IMG/VR virus record: IMGVR_UViG_3300032103_000281
Span: 1 to 33,746 of that record
DNA length: 33,746 nt
Origin: a virus
Lineage: Duplodnaviria; Caudoviricetes
Reading direction: 5' to 3' (one strand)
Shown: in pieces, positions 24,947 to 33,663 of the stretch
Layout of the letters: every line of letters begins with the position of its first letter
Position numbering within the stretch: position 1 is the first letter of the stretch
Made by a program: the position numbers and the translations under genes
The notes under the pieces: generated by a model
Databases searched by the model: none
Told to the model about the DNA's origin: nothing
What the model saw: the letters and a program-made list of their open reading frames with translations, nothing else

Positions 24947-27900
24947 TTATGGAAACGGAGTAGGTTCGGTGTCACCTTCTGGTCCACCCAAGTTACCTGG
25001 TTCGCCTTCTGGTCCACCCCCCATATTTAATTCGCCTTCGCTACCTTCTAATCCCATGTCAACGCCAGCAGACATGTCTGATGTGATACCGCCTGGCGTA
25101 ATGCCCATTGATCGCATGTCTGCTGAGCCAGTGTTCTTGCGTTCTGCTGTACCGTTCTCTTCGGTCCACATTTCTTCGTTAAGCTGAATCTCTTCTTCAG
25201 TTAGACCTAAGTATCGTCTCAGAATGAAACGCTTAGATAGGTATGAGAATTGTTCTACTTGGGTGAATGCAGAAATTCGTGCGGTGTCGAGCTCAGCTTG
25301 TCGATACTGAGCGAAGTTTTGTGGTTCTGTAAACCAAAGATTAAATAACGCACTATCAATGTTAATACCACGCCAGTTTAAGAACATCTTGAATTCTTTA
25401 TCTAGCTGTGGAATAATACTGTTTTGCAAACGCTTACAATACTGATTGAAACGCCACTCTTGAATAAGTGCAGTTCCGACCTTGCCGTTTGCATATGCTC
25501 GTTCGCTTTCTTCTTCTTGCGTTGGTAGATAACTGGATGGGATGCGCAAACCACGGAATAGCTTGTTAGTAAAGAAGCGGAGGTCAGCTACTTCACCAAC
25601 TGATGAGTTTTGGGTAAAAATACCAACTTCAAGAGCAAAGTTATGATAATCGTGGTATACTTCATCTCCGTCGATTGTTAGTGTGCCGACTTCTATTTTG
25701 TCTGACAACCGTTCAATCGAGACAATTTTGTGGTTATATTTTGTTACATCACGCTTAAAATGTCTCCAATTAGAATAGCCGTGTTGCTTAACACAGTCAC
25801 TTAGCATGAACGGAGAAATATAATCTCCTTTCCACTTCTTGCTATTGTTGCCAATGTTTATGGCTCGGAAGTGCTTCATAAATTCTTCGTTAGTCGAAAG
25901 GTAAGACGCTGCACTCGATAAAGTTTGTGTTGATTTGCTACCTTGTGATAAAAGATAAGATTGAATCATGTCCGTCAAAGTTTTATCATATTTTAACTTT
26001 TGGTTGGCGAACATTTTTTCATAATTCACAGGGTCTTTTGCGCGGGCAGCACTGTAATTGCTGATTTTTTTCGAACGCTCATTATATTGTTCGGTTTGTT
26101 TAAATTTTTCCCACCCTAATGCTTTTTGCTGAATAAAAAATTCTCTAAACTCTGGGTTTTGTAGTTTTTTTTGTAATTTTGCATTTGCACCAGAGAGATT
26201 AGAAATGTTAGTTGCACGGTCTCGCGCTTTTTGTTCCTCTGTGCGGTTTTTTAGATATTTTTGTTGTGCCGCAAACAAATTAGCAAGACGCTTTGCTCTT
26301 TCTTCGTCAGATAGACTTTCCCACGCCTTTTTAGAGCGCTCACTGATTTTTTTACTTCTAGCAGCATATGCCTCAGAATCATGTTCTTTCATATGTTCTA
26401 GGGCAGCTTTTGCTGCTTTTGTTCCTAGTCCTTGTGCTTCTTTAGAGAAGCCATGAAATGTGTGATATTCTTTGTGGTCTTTCCACCCCATAATAACTAA
26501 ATTAGATGGCGAGTTATTGTATCTGTTATGGTCTTTATGGTGTATTACAAACGAGTTATCACTGTCAATAGATTCGTCAAATGCATAAAACTCGAGGCTA
26601 ATAAACCTACAAACCATTCGATGGACAAATTCCCATTTTTTAGTATCGTTTTGGTAGACTTGTGTATACTCTTTTTTACGGGTTTTAGACAGGTCCTCGT
26701 TTTTTGTATTAAACGGTATCATACTTTCGCCAACTGTTAATTTGTCAGCGCGGACTTTACCTTTACCAATAACCGGAAACTTGTGGTCGGGTGTTGCGAT
26801 TATCTCTTCACCGTTGTCGAGCGTAATACGAAGAACATCTGCAGATTTTTGTGTTACACCAGCCCATGTAATTAGACCAGGACAGACCTCGCCTGTTTCT
26901 GGGTTACAACTAAAGGCCCAGTTTTCTTTTCCGTTATTATATTCTTCTTCTAGCTCTTTGATAGTTAACGTCCTGCCATCTAACAACGGAACCCTAGTGT
27001 CCATTGCTAAACACCCCCCGGGGAGCTGTTCAACACTAGAGCCGCGGCCTTCAGATACAGGAAAGAAGAAGTCTTCGTTAATACTAATTGGGTTATATGT
27101 TGAATCCGTAACCATGTTCCCGCCGCCGGTTCTTGTAGGAATACGACGCTGTTGGATCTCGTTTTTTACTTTCTCAACATATGCCATCGCCATGTGTGCT
27201 GGCATGTTACCGACATCAATTTTGAAAATACGACGCTCTGGTGCACGATTAAGACGATAGATGATAACCGCATCTTCTAGTAATTCTTTTTGCTTATATA
27301 CTTTATAAACTGTTTCAAGAACAGATGATGCAAAGGGCCACGTTGCATCTAAGCCTTCTGATAAGCTAAGATGTAAAATGTGTTCTGCTGGAATAGCCGC
27401 TTCTTGGTCTTGTCTCGAAAAGCGAGAAGACCCGCCAGTAAACGCAGCAGGACCTGCTAGAGAAAAGTTTGTCCCACCGCCGCCACCAGGGGGAGATGTG
27501 TGTTTGGTGTTTGCTGTAATTGCTGCGGTTGATAGCGCATTTAAATTGGCAGCAAGATCTTTAATGAAGTACTGTTCGGGTTCTTTACCGGCACCTTCAT
27601 TTACAATAATCTTGATTACTTTTTCAATCTCAGTCCAGTGAAGAACAAATGTTTCTGGATCACGAACAAACACTTGATCACCAAATTTCAACGTATTACG
27701 AAAAATTCGGAAAATCCGTTGATCGAATTGATTGATTTTACACCACTGTTGTAGTTGCTCTTTGATGATTTTAATTTCAGAATCAGTCGCTTTATCGTTA
27801 TAGTGGATTTCAAACGGCAAACCAGTAATATCTGAAGATTGTGTGCAGAATTCAGCCAGAATATCTAATGCTGCATTGATCTCAGCATCCATATCCATTC

Positions 27901-28126
27901 TGTTAATTTCACCGTATCGGTCAATACGATTTGGATGACCAATATAAATGTCTGGAAGGTTGCTCTCCCAGTTTGCAACCCCAGGGGGAACAGACGACAT
28001 GCCTGCATTGCTAGATATGTTACCGTTTTTATTACGGCCAGAAATCGGACTTATATTACCAGAGGTGTCTACTTTAGCAAATGCACTAGAGACGTTTGAA
28101 GTTTTAAAATATTTTTTCCAGGACAT
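24947..28126 (-). CDS. gp20: Portal protein, T4 gp20-like, containing an intein
   Basis: LEDAVIIYR..RAPERRIFKIDVGNMP, EDFFFP, LPGG, LRIPSSYL motifs; 590 aa remain after removing the intein. Confidence 0.95.
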   Translation of the reverse strand: MSWKKYFKTSNVSSAFAKVDTSGNISPISGRNKNGNISSNAGMSSVPPGVANWESNLPDIYIGHPNRIDRYGEINRMDMDAEINAALDILAEFCTQSSDITGLPFEIHYNDKATDSEIKIIKEQLQQWCKINQFDQRIFRIFRNTLKFGDQVFVRDPETFVLHWTEIEKVIKIIVNEGAGKEPEQYFIKDLAANLNALSTAAITANTKHTSPPGGGGGTNFSLAGPAAFTGGSSRFSRQDQEAAIPAEHILHLSLSEGLDATWPFASSVLETVYKVYKQKELLEDAVIIYRLNRAPERRIFKIDVGNMPAHMAMAYVEKVKNEIQQRRIPTRTGGGNMVTDSTYNPISINEDFFFPVSEGRGSSVEQLPGGCLAMDTRVPLLDGRTLTIKELEEEYNNGKENWAFSCNPETGEVCPGLITWAGVTQKSADVLRITLDNGEEIIATPDHKFPVIGKGKVRADKLTVGESMIPFNTKNEDLSKTRKKEYTQVYQNDTKKWEFVHRMVCRFISLEFYAFDESIDSDNSFVIHHKDHNRYNNSPSNLVIMGWKDHKEYHTFHGFSKEAQGLGTKAAKAALEHMKEHDSEAYAARSKKISERSKKAWESLSDEERAKRLANLFAAQQKYLKNRTEEQKARDRATNISNLSGANAKLQKKLQNPEFREFFIQQKALGWEKFKQTEQYNERSKKISNYSAARAKDPVNYEKMFANQKLKYDKTLTDMIQSYLLSQGSKSTQTLSSAASYLSTNEEFMKHFRAINIGNNSKKWKGDYISPFMLSDCVKQHGYSNWRHFKRDVTKYNHKIVSIERLSDKIEVGTLTIDGDEVYHDYHNFALEVGIFTQNSSVGEVADLRFFTNKLFRGLRIPSSYLPTQEEESERAYANGKVGTALIQEWRFNQYCKRLQNSIIPQLDKEFKMFLNWRGINIDSALFNLWFTEPQNFAQYRQAELDTARISAFTQVEQFSYLSKRFILRRYLGLTEEEIQLNEEMWTEENGTAERKNTGSADMRSMGITPGGITSDMSAGVDMGLEGSEGELNMGGGPEGEPGNLGGPEGDTEPTPFP
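25607..27013 (-). mobile_element. Intein (469 aa) with HNH homing endonuclease
   Basis: LPGG|CLAMDTRV (block A), IIATPDHKF (block B), HNFALEVGIFTQN|S (blocks F/G); internal VHRMV...IHHKDHNRYNNSPSNL HNH motif. Confidence 0.92.
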
Positions 28127-28167
28127 GATTAATTATTTACCAGTGGTCAGCTAGTGAGAATTAGTTT

Positions 28168-30543
28168 TCACCAGTCTTTGTATCGTTGTTGTTTAACAAT
28201 AGATATATTCTGACCAGAGTAAAAAACTAGCTCATCTAGTTTTGCTACTAATTGCCGCGATAAGGCAACCTGCTCTTCTAGTAACTGCTTATCTATTTCA
28301 GCACGGGTTAATTGTGTAGCAGTAGGCGAAACTATGGGCTTCTCTGTTGATTCAGTGCGAATTGCCTGCATAGCAGTAAACGAGGCCATAGCTGACCTAA
28401 GGCTATTTTCTAATGCTTGCTGAGACTTGGCGGCTGTCTCAACGAGCATAGCAGCAATTCGATCAGCCGATGGTAGTTGAGATTTAGAAAGCTGATCTTT
28501 AATATCAATAGAAACCGGAATAGTTCTACCGTCTGGCAAAGGAACTATGGCTTCGGTGCCATGTAATCTAGCAAAGAATCCAGACTCTGGTCCTTTTGCC
28601 ACACCACCCAAAGAATAACTCCCAACTACCTTTGTTGGGTCTTCTCCTCTTTCTTTTAGGTAAGCCTCTCTACGCTGCTGTTCTCTCTTTAATGCGTCTG
28701 CCACACCTTCTTTTTCTGCTATTTCTTGTTGTCGTTTATGTTCGATAAATTGCCGCTTCAGCGCATCTTCTGACCAACGGCCACTGCTGAATAAATGCAG
28801 GTTACCAAGATCACGTTGCTCTTTTTTGTATTTCTCAAGTGCCTCTTTGCCTCCATACTGCTGAAACATTTTGTTAGTAAGATACGCTTCTTTAGTTTCT
28901 TCTAAGTTTCTGCCTTCTGGATTAAAACTAGCGCCAAACTTCTTTGCAATATGATCCCTAAATCCAGGATCGCTTTTCAACAACTCGGCTGTAGATATCT
29001 TTTTAGATTCTTCAATTGAAGCCTTTGCTGCACTTGATATATCACGCATTACTTTTCCATCTGCTTCTCTTGTTTCTTTTAAGATGTTCTTTGCACTACC
29101 TCCGGTGACACCTAACTCTTCGGCAAACTTCTTTAAGGCATCAATTGCATTATTTAAGCCCTCTCCGAATTTAGCAATAACAGGTGCAGCAAACTCCATT
29201 GCTTCAAATGCAATCCCTTGCAGATTTAACATCAGATTTTGGTTTTCTTCGTATATCTTAAGTGCAGACGTTGTTGCTATATCAGTTCTTCGTGCCTCAA
29301 CATGAGCGACTTGTTCGGCCCGCGCCTTATTATACTTTTCTGAAAAGTCTCCGAAATCAAAAGTAGCTGCTTTACCAAGAGCCTCTGCAAACGGTTCGTG
29401 TATATAGCGAAGGGGCTCCTGCATCCCTGTGCCTCGTTGCTCTGCTCCTGCGAGAACCGAAGAGATCGACTCGAGTCCGCTAACAGACCTATCGCCTCGT
29501 ATCACTTTAAAAAGATCTGACGCTCCCTCGCCGGCAATTTTCCACAAATCTACTGCACCTGCGCCAGCACCTTTTCCTGCAACGAAACTCTTTATTGCCT
29601 GGGCTAATTCTTCTTGCCCAGTGTCTTTAAATGTTTGGACTGCGGCATCAATTTCCCTAGCCTGCGTAGCATCCATTGCGTTTAGAGCACTCTTATATCG
29701 CCACTCACGCTGACGTTCTTCTGTTTCTTTTTCGATCTGCTCACGGTTTTTACCGGTGATTCTCGCCAACGCATCCATTTGAAATGCCAACGCATATGTT
29801 ACATCGCCTAAATGCCTAGTATCATGCAGTTTTTTTGAACCAGACTGCCACTCTAGCTTAGCAGCAGTACCCATTAACTCTACGATCTCTTCGTACTTAT
29901 AACCCATTTGTACTAGTTGATCATACTGGTCTCTGTTGTTAGAACGAAACTGTTCTGCAGATGCCCCTATTGTTTCTGCACCTTTAGATGCTGTTCTAAA
30001 TGCAATAGCTAGATTATTACTCTGACTTTTTACTACAGCTTCAAATTGTTGAACAGAGATACCAGCACTAAGCGCCATGTCTCTGAATCCACCGAGCGAA
30101 CCAGTTGCCAAACCACCCACACTAGTAAGCGAGTGATACGAGTCAATTTGTGCCTGGATAACTGGCGACAATAAATCAAAAGCAACTACGCCTTTTTCTA
30201 TAGTTGCTTTACTTAATTGAGCAGCGCCCGTAGTTAACTGAGACAGCCCATCACCGATAACCGGGACCATCTTAGCAAGGCCGCCAATAGCATCTGAAGC
30301 TAAGTCAATTGTAGTCGTTGCTGTTTTTGCTGCGATGCCGACCGCCGCCGACATCGTGTCCATACTGGCTTTACCAGTAACAGCAGCCGATGAAAGCTGT
30401 CGCGCAAAGTCACCGGTTGCACTCGATAACCCGCCAAAGGTATTACTAACAGTTGTAGTCGCCCCTCTTAGGCGACCCATATTGTTGGTTAGCTTTTCTT
30501 GCTCTTCGGCTAATCTCTGTGCAGCCTCTAATTCAGCGGACAT
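28168..30543 (-). CDS. Tape-measure-like / baseplate hub protein
   Basis: 791 aa, Ala/Gly-rich helical; YSLGGVAKGPESGFFARLHGTEAIVPL motif seen near tape-measure C-termini; divergent from gp26-like gene. Confidence 0.6.
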   Translation of the reverse strand: MSAELEAAQRLAEEQEKLTNNMGRLRGATTTVSNTFGGLSSATGDFARQLSSAAVTGKASMDTMSAAVGIAAKTATTTIDLASDAIGGLAKMVPVIGDGLSQLTTGAAQLSKATIEKGVVAFDLLSPVIQAQIDSYHSLTSVGGLATGSLGGFRDMALSAGISVQQFEAVVKSQSNNLAIAFRTASKGAETIGASAEQFRSNNRDQYDQLVQMGYKYEEIVELMGTAAKLEWQSGSKKLHDTRHLGDVTYALAFQMDALARITGKNREQIEKETEERQREWRYKSALNAMDATQAREIDAAVQTFKDTGQEELAQAIKSFVAGKGAGAGAVDLWKIAGEGASDLFKVIRGDRSVSGLESISSVLAGAEQRGTGMQEPLRYIHEPFAEALGKAATFDFGDFSEKYNKARAEQVAHVEARRTDIATTSALKIYEENQNLMLNLQGIAFEAMEFAAPVIAKFGEGLNNAIDALKKFAEELGVTGGSAKNILKETREADGKVMRDISSAAKASIEESKKISTAELLKSDPGFRDHIAKKFGASFNPEGRNLEETKEAYLTNKMFQQYGGKEALEKYKKEQRDLGNLHLFSSGRWSEDALKRQFIEHKRQQEIAEKEGVADALKREQQRREAYLKERGEDPTKVVGSYSLGGVAKGPESGFFARLHGTEAIVPLPDGRTIPVSIDIKDQLSKSQLPSADRIAAMLVETAAKSQQALENSLRSAMASFTAMQAIRTESTEKPIVSPTATQLTRAEIDKQLLEEQVALSRQLVAKLDELVFYSGQNISIVKQQRYKDW

Positions 30544-30571
30544 GTTTTTCCTTCATAGTTCTTTTATTTAC

Positions 30572-30885
30572 CGGGTGCAAAACCACCTAGATCTTTAGTC
30601 CCGCAGATATAGGCGCGATAAATATTTAATGCAAAACTTAAAGTACAGATTATAGGTCAATTAAATAACCAGACCGCAGCGTGATAATATTTGGAATCAT
30701 TTTCTTGCAAAAGAAATTAAACAATACCAACATTTCATCTTTAAAGAAAAACATATCGCGAATACACGTCTGTGATTCGTGTGGTTTAATACCGATGTTG
30801 ACTTAATTAGGAAAGAACATAGCATCTGATGATCTGCTACATTGAAAAATAAACTGCATGTTCTTTAGATACACACTGCAATTTA
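30572..30885 (+). mobile_element. Internally deleted IS200/IS605 tnpB relic
   Basis: Left end GTGCAAAACCACCTAGATCTTTAG; internal TAAATA (30619) then ATG 30629 MQNLKYRL*; NIWNHFLAKEIKQYQ; RIHVCDSCGLI at 30759-30791; decayed right end TGCATGTTCTTTAG. Confidence 0.75.
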
Positions 30886-30932
30886 CCGGTTACTTTTAAT
30901 CGCAAATAGTTATAACCAAAGGAAAACAAAAC

Positions 30933-31796
30933 ATGGAACAACCAAACCCACTTTCTAAATATTTTCGTCAACCTACCTTATTTGTAAGCTTGCCGTCAGC
31001 GGGCAGGTGGTATAATTCCGAGACAATCACATATTCAAACAATAATAACGACGAACAGGAAGTTGCTGTTTATCCATACACTGCAATGGATGAAATCATG
31101 ATGCGATCACCTGACGCATTACTAAACGGAGTAGCAGTTACAACTACTTTGAAGAGCTGTGTTCCTGCGTTTGCTGATCCATGGGAAATCCTAACATGTG
31201 ATGTCGACAAATTGCTTGTCGCAATGCGTGTTGCATCATACGGTCAGAAAATGGAACTAAATGCTAATTGCCCACATTGTAACGAGGAACTAACATACGA
31301 CGCCAATTTAGCAGTTCTACTTGATTCTTTTAAGCCTGTTGAATTCCATGCGTTACAGTTAAGTAACGGCATCACCATTCAATTCCGTCCAATTACATAT
31401 CGTCTTGCTACTAAAATTAATACTCTCCGTTTTAACAATGAGCGACTAAGCATCCAACTTAGACACGAAGCAGAAGCCAACCCAGACACAGATCAATCGG
31501 CAATACTAGAAGAAATTGTAAAGAATTCGCGAAATATTACACATTTATCAATCGCATTCTCGACTGAGTACATTCAAACACCAGATGGCAACAAAGTAAC
31601 CAAATTCGAAAACATCTTAGAGTTTGTATCAAACATTCCCCGCGAACTATTTTCACAAATCGAAAAAGGACTAACCAATATTACCAAGAATAATAAAGCA
31701 TTCGACGATTTCGAAATTGTTTGCACTGCATGTCACAAAACATTCAACTCACCATTTTCGTTTGATCAATCTGATTTTTTCGTAAAAGGCTCTTGA
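30933..31796 (+). CDS. Baseplate hub subunit, T4 gp26-like
   Basis: NPLSKYFRQP, LPSAGRWY, YTAMDEI, D.DKLLVAMRVASYG, CPHC and C-terminal CTAC...DFF motifs. Confidence 0.82.
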   Translation: MEQPNPLSKYFRQPTLFVSLPSAGRWYNSETITYSNNNNDEQEVAVYPYTAMDEIMMRSPDALLNGVAVTTTLKSCVPAFADPWEILTCDVDKLLVAMRVASYGQKMELNANCPHCNEELTYDANLAVLLDSFKPVEFHALQLSNGITIQFRPITYRLATKINTLRFNNERLSIQLRHEAEANPDTDQSAILEEIVKNSRNITHLSIAFSTEYIQTPDGNKVTKFENILEFVSNIPRELFSQIEKGLTNITKNNKAFDDFEIVCTACHKTFNSPFSFDQSDFFVKGS

Positions 31797-32011
31797 GTCT
31801 ATCCCACGAAGAAATCATTGAGTACATTGAATCTTTAGAGAAAAGTGCAAGAGCCATAAGGGAAACGCTATTACAATTAGCTTGGTCAATGCGTGGAGGT
31901 GTTACATACGAGGAACTAGCACACTCATCCCCGACAGATAGAGAGATCATGTTAAAGATCACGAACGATAATATTGAAATCACAAAGAAGACAAACTTAC
32001 CACATTTTTAA
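31793..32011 (+). CDS. Baseplate hub assembly protein, gp51-like
   Basis: 72 aa overlapping the gp26-like stop; W.MRGGVTYEE.....DRE pattern; call rests mainly on synteny. Confidence 0.55.
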   Translation: MSLSHEEIIEYIESLEKSARAIRETLLQLAWSMRGGVTYEELAHSSPTDREIMLKITNDNIEITKKTNLPHF

Positions 32012-32031
32012 GATAACTTAAACACTAGATA

Positions 32032-32226
32032 TCAGCTATCAGAGCCACTACGCCAAAACAAAGGCAGTGAGTTTTCGATAGCTGATTTCTTTTGACCTAC
32101 ATTCTCTAAGCCCTGATTCGTTATCATAGATTGAATTACGGCCATATCCTCTGTCGTTAGCGAACAATCTGGTATATCAGAACTACTATCAACGAACATG
32201 TTTGTGGTGATTTTGTATTGTTTCAT
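32032..32226 (-). CDS. Small hypothetical protein
   Basis: AAGGA RBS; MKQYKITT start (32226 or 32232). Confidence 0.55.
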   Translation of the reverse strand: MKQYKITTNMFVDSSSDIPDCSLTTEDMAVIQSMITNQGLENVGQKKSAIENSLPLFWRSGSDS

Positions 32227-32359
32227 CTTCATTTTTCCTTCTACAGAAATTTTAGTCAGAGTATCGTCCAGAACGTAGTTGATTGTTCTTTCACAGTTTC
32301 TAAACTGTATTTTAGCTTTTTGTGTTTAAGGAAACTTTTTGATTTCTACTGTTCTTATC

Positions 32360-33340
32360 TATTATTTGGTTTGCTTGCGCAAACCAGCAAACATCAGTTT
32401 CTCATTCGTTTCGTTACACTCAACTCAATCGAAACTTCGTTTGCACTTTCTTCTCTACTTTTTTGCACTCTCAATTATGATTATTTCTCTATCGAACTTT
32501 TAATTATTATTTTAATTATTATTTTTTTAATTATTAAGGACGTTCCCTTACGAACGGGGATGGATTCACAGAGGAAAGGCTCAGAATTCTGCTATTGCTA
32601 GCAGAAAACGAGCCAATCAGACACCGAAGACGATTCTCTTCACGTCGGACGAAGCCCACCCACGGAGTCATTTGTTTGTGTAGTGCTACTACACTCTCGG
32701 AGGCGGTTGCGCGGTACCCCCATCAGACTCGAATCCTTCTTACAACGCGACGTAAATGAGTTCGTGAGTGTTTAACTTCATTTACGTTGGTAGGTGCATC
32801 TTTTTCTACAGAGCTACCATCGTTTAGCCACCTTTGGTTGTGACTTTCACCCCAGTTATTTTTGGATGGCACCCTAGACTCCACTGCCCATAACTTTCAG
32901 ATACAGCTCCTAGGGGGTTCGAACCAGATCATTGCCTAATATTTTGACTAGCCTTGGGTAGAGCACCGATATGTAGCGTTTAACGACTCCGCATCAACCA
33001 CCTTTTCAGTGTAGTCCAGGTTTTTGGATCCCCGACTACGGGTGACAGTTCCACAAAGTTTTTCTACTTGGTATCCCAGAGCTTGTTAAAACTCAAAGGC
33101 CCGAATCTCACGGGTGGGTAGGTTCCATTTGTTTCTCTGCGACTCTACTTAATACTAATCCCTCGGCAGCTACCCCGAGGACCATTCTACTTTTACAGTT
33201 AGCCAGACCCACTACCTCGCCGACATACAATCTATGGCCAAGCCGACAACGAGCATAACTATCCTTGACTACCAACTAACCTTATTACATAGGTGGTTTT
33301 TTTGCTACTGTGACGCTTCACAGCGTGACGTTTACTACTT
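32360..33340 (-). ncRNA. Candidate large structured non-coding RNA (family not recognised)
   Basis: No credible ORF; many stems (32367-32386, 32578-32614, 32678-32694, 32750-32787, 33011-33039, 33161-33180, 33308-33323); GCAA tetraloops on minus strand; upstream promoter; boundaries approximate. Confidence 0.65.
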
Positions 33341-33344
33341 GCTA

Positions 33345-33375
33345 CTATATTATACTACTCAGAGTATTTATGCAA
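33345..33375 (-). promoter_or_regulatory. Overlapping late (TAAATA) and sigma70-like promoter directed into the ncRNA candidate
   Basis: Minus strand TTGCATAAATACTCTGAGTAGTATAATAT: TTGCAT -35-like box, TATAAT/TAATAT -10-like box at 15-17 nt spacing, TAAATA embedded. Confidence 0.55.
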
Positions 33376-33389
33376 TACATTTTGGCTGA

Positions 33390-33565
33390 AAAAATTCTGT
33401 CGCCTTTGTATACTTTTGATATTACATAATACACTCGATTTAATGAAGTCATACAAACAAAAGTCTAAAATCGGTTACTAGTTCGACGATCAGTACAGTA
33501 ACGTCGACTGTATTATTTAGCTCTTAGGCAGCAATCCTGCTGTTTTTAAAGCAGCATATGGTCTG
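33390..33565 (+). mobile_element. Probable degenerate tnpB relic
   Basis: ATG 33443 MKSYK; 33502 RRLYYLALRQQ (TnpB R.lYN.AL.Q-like); right-end-like AATCCTGCTGTTTTTAAAGCAGCA hairpin. Confidence 0.45.
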
Positions 33566-33663
33566 TCTAAGAACTAAATAACATTGTCGTACAACGGTGA
33601 CAAAATGATTTGCAATAACACCGATGATCTGTTAATTGATGAATCGAATTGAAAGGAAAATAA

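Noticed and set aside
24892-25017. Extended N-terminus of the 24658 ORF from the ORF track
   Set aside because: Overlaps the portal C-terminus and crosses a late promoter and IS relic; ATG 24891 is more plausible
32571-32582. GAGGAAAG resembling the RNase P RNA 5' conserved box
   Set aside because: Lacks the following UCC and the 3' partner, and lies on the strand opposite to the one favoured by loops and promoter
32218-32601. 127-aa plus-strand ORF
   Set aside because: TTG start, no RBS, Phe/Leu/Ile bias explained by the T-rich strand; overlaps the structured region
32890-32940. GGTTCGAACC suggesting a tRNA gene
   Set aside because: No acceptor, D or anticodon arms could be built on either strand
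32360-33340. Group I or group II intron interpretation
   Set aside because: No interrupted gene on the flanks; no recognisable P7 core or domain V found by eye
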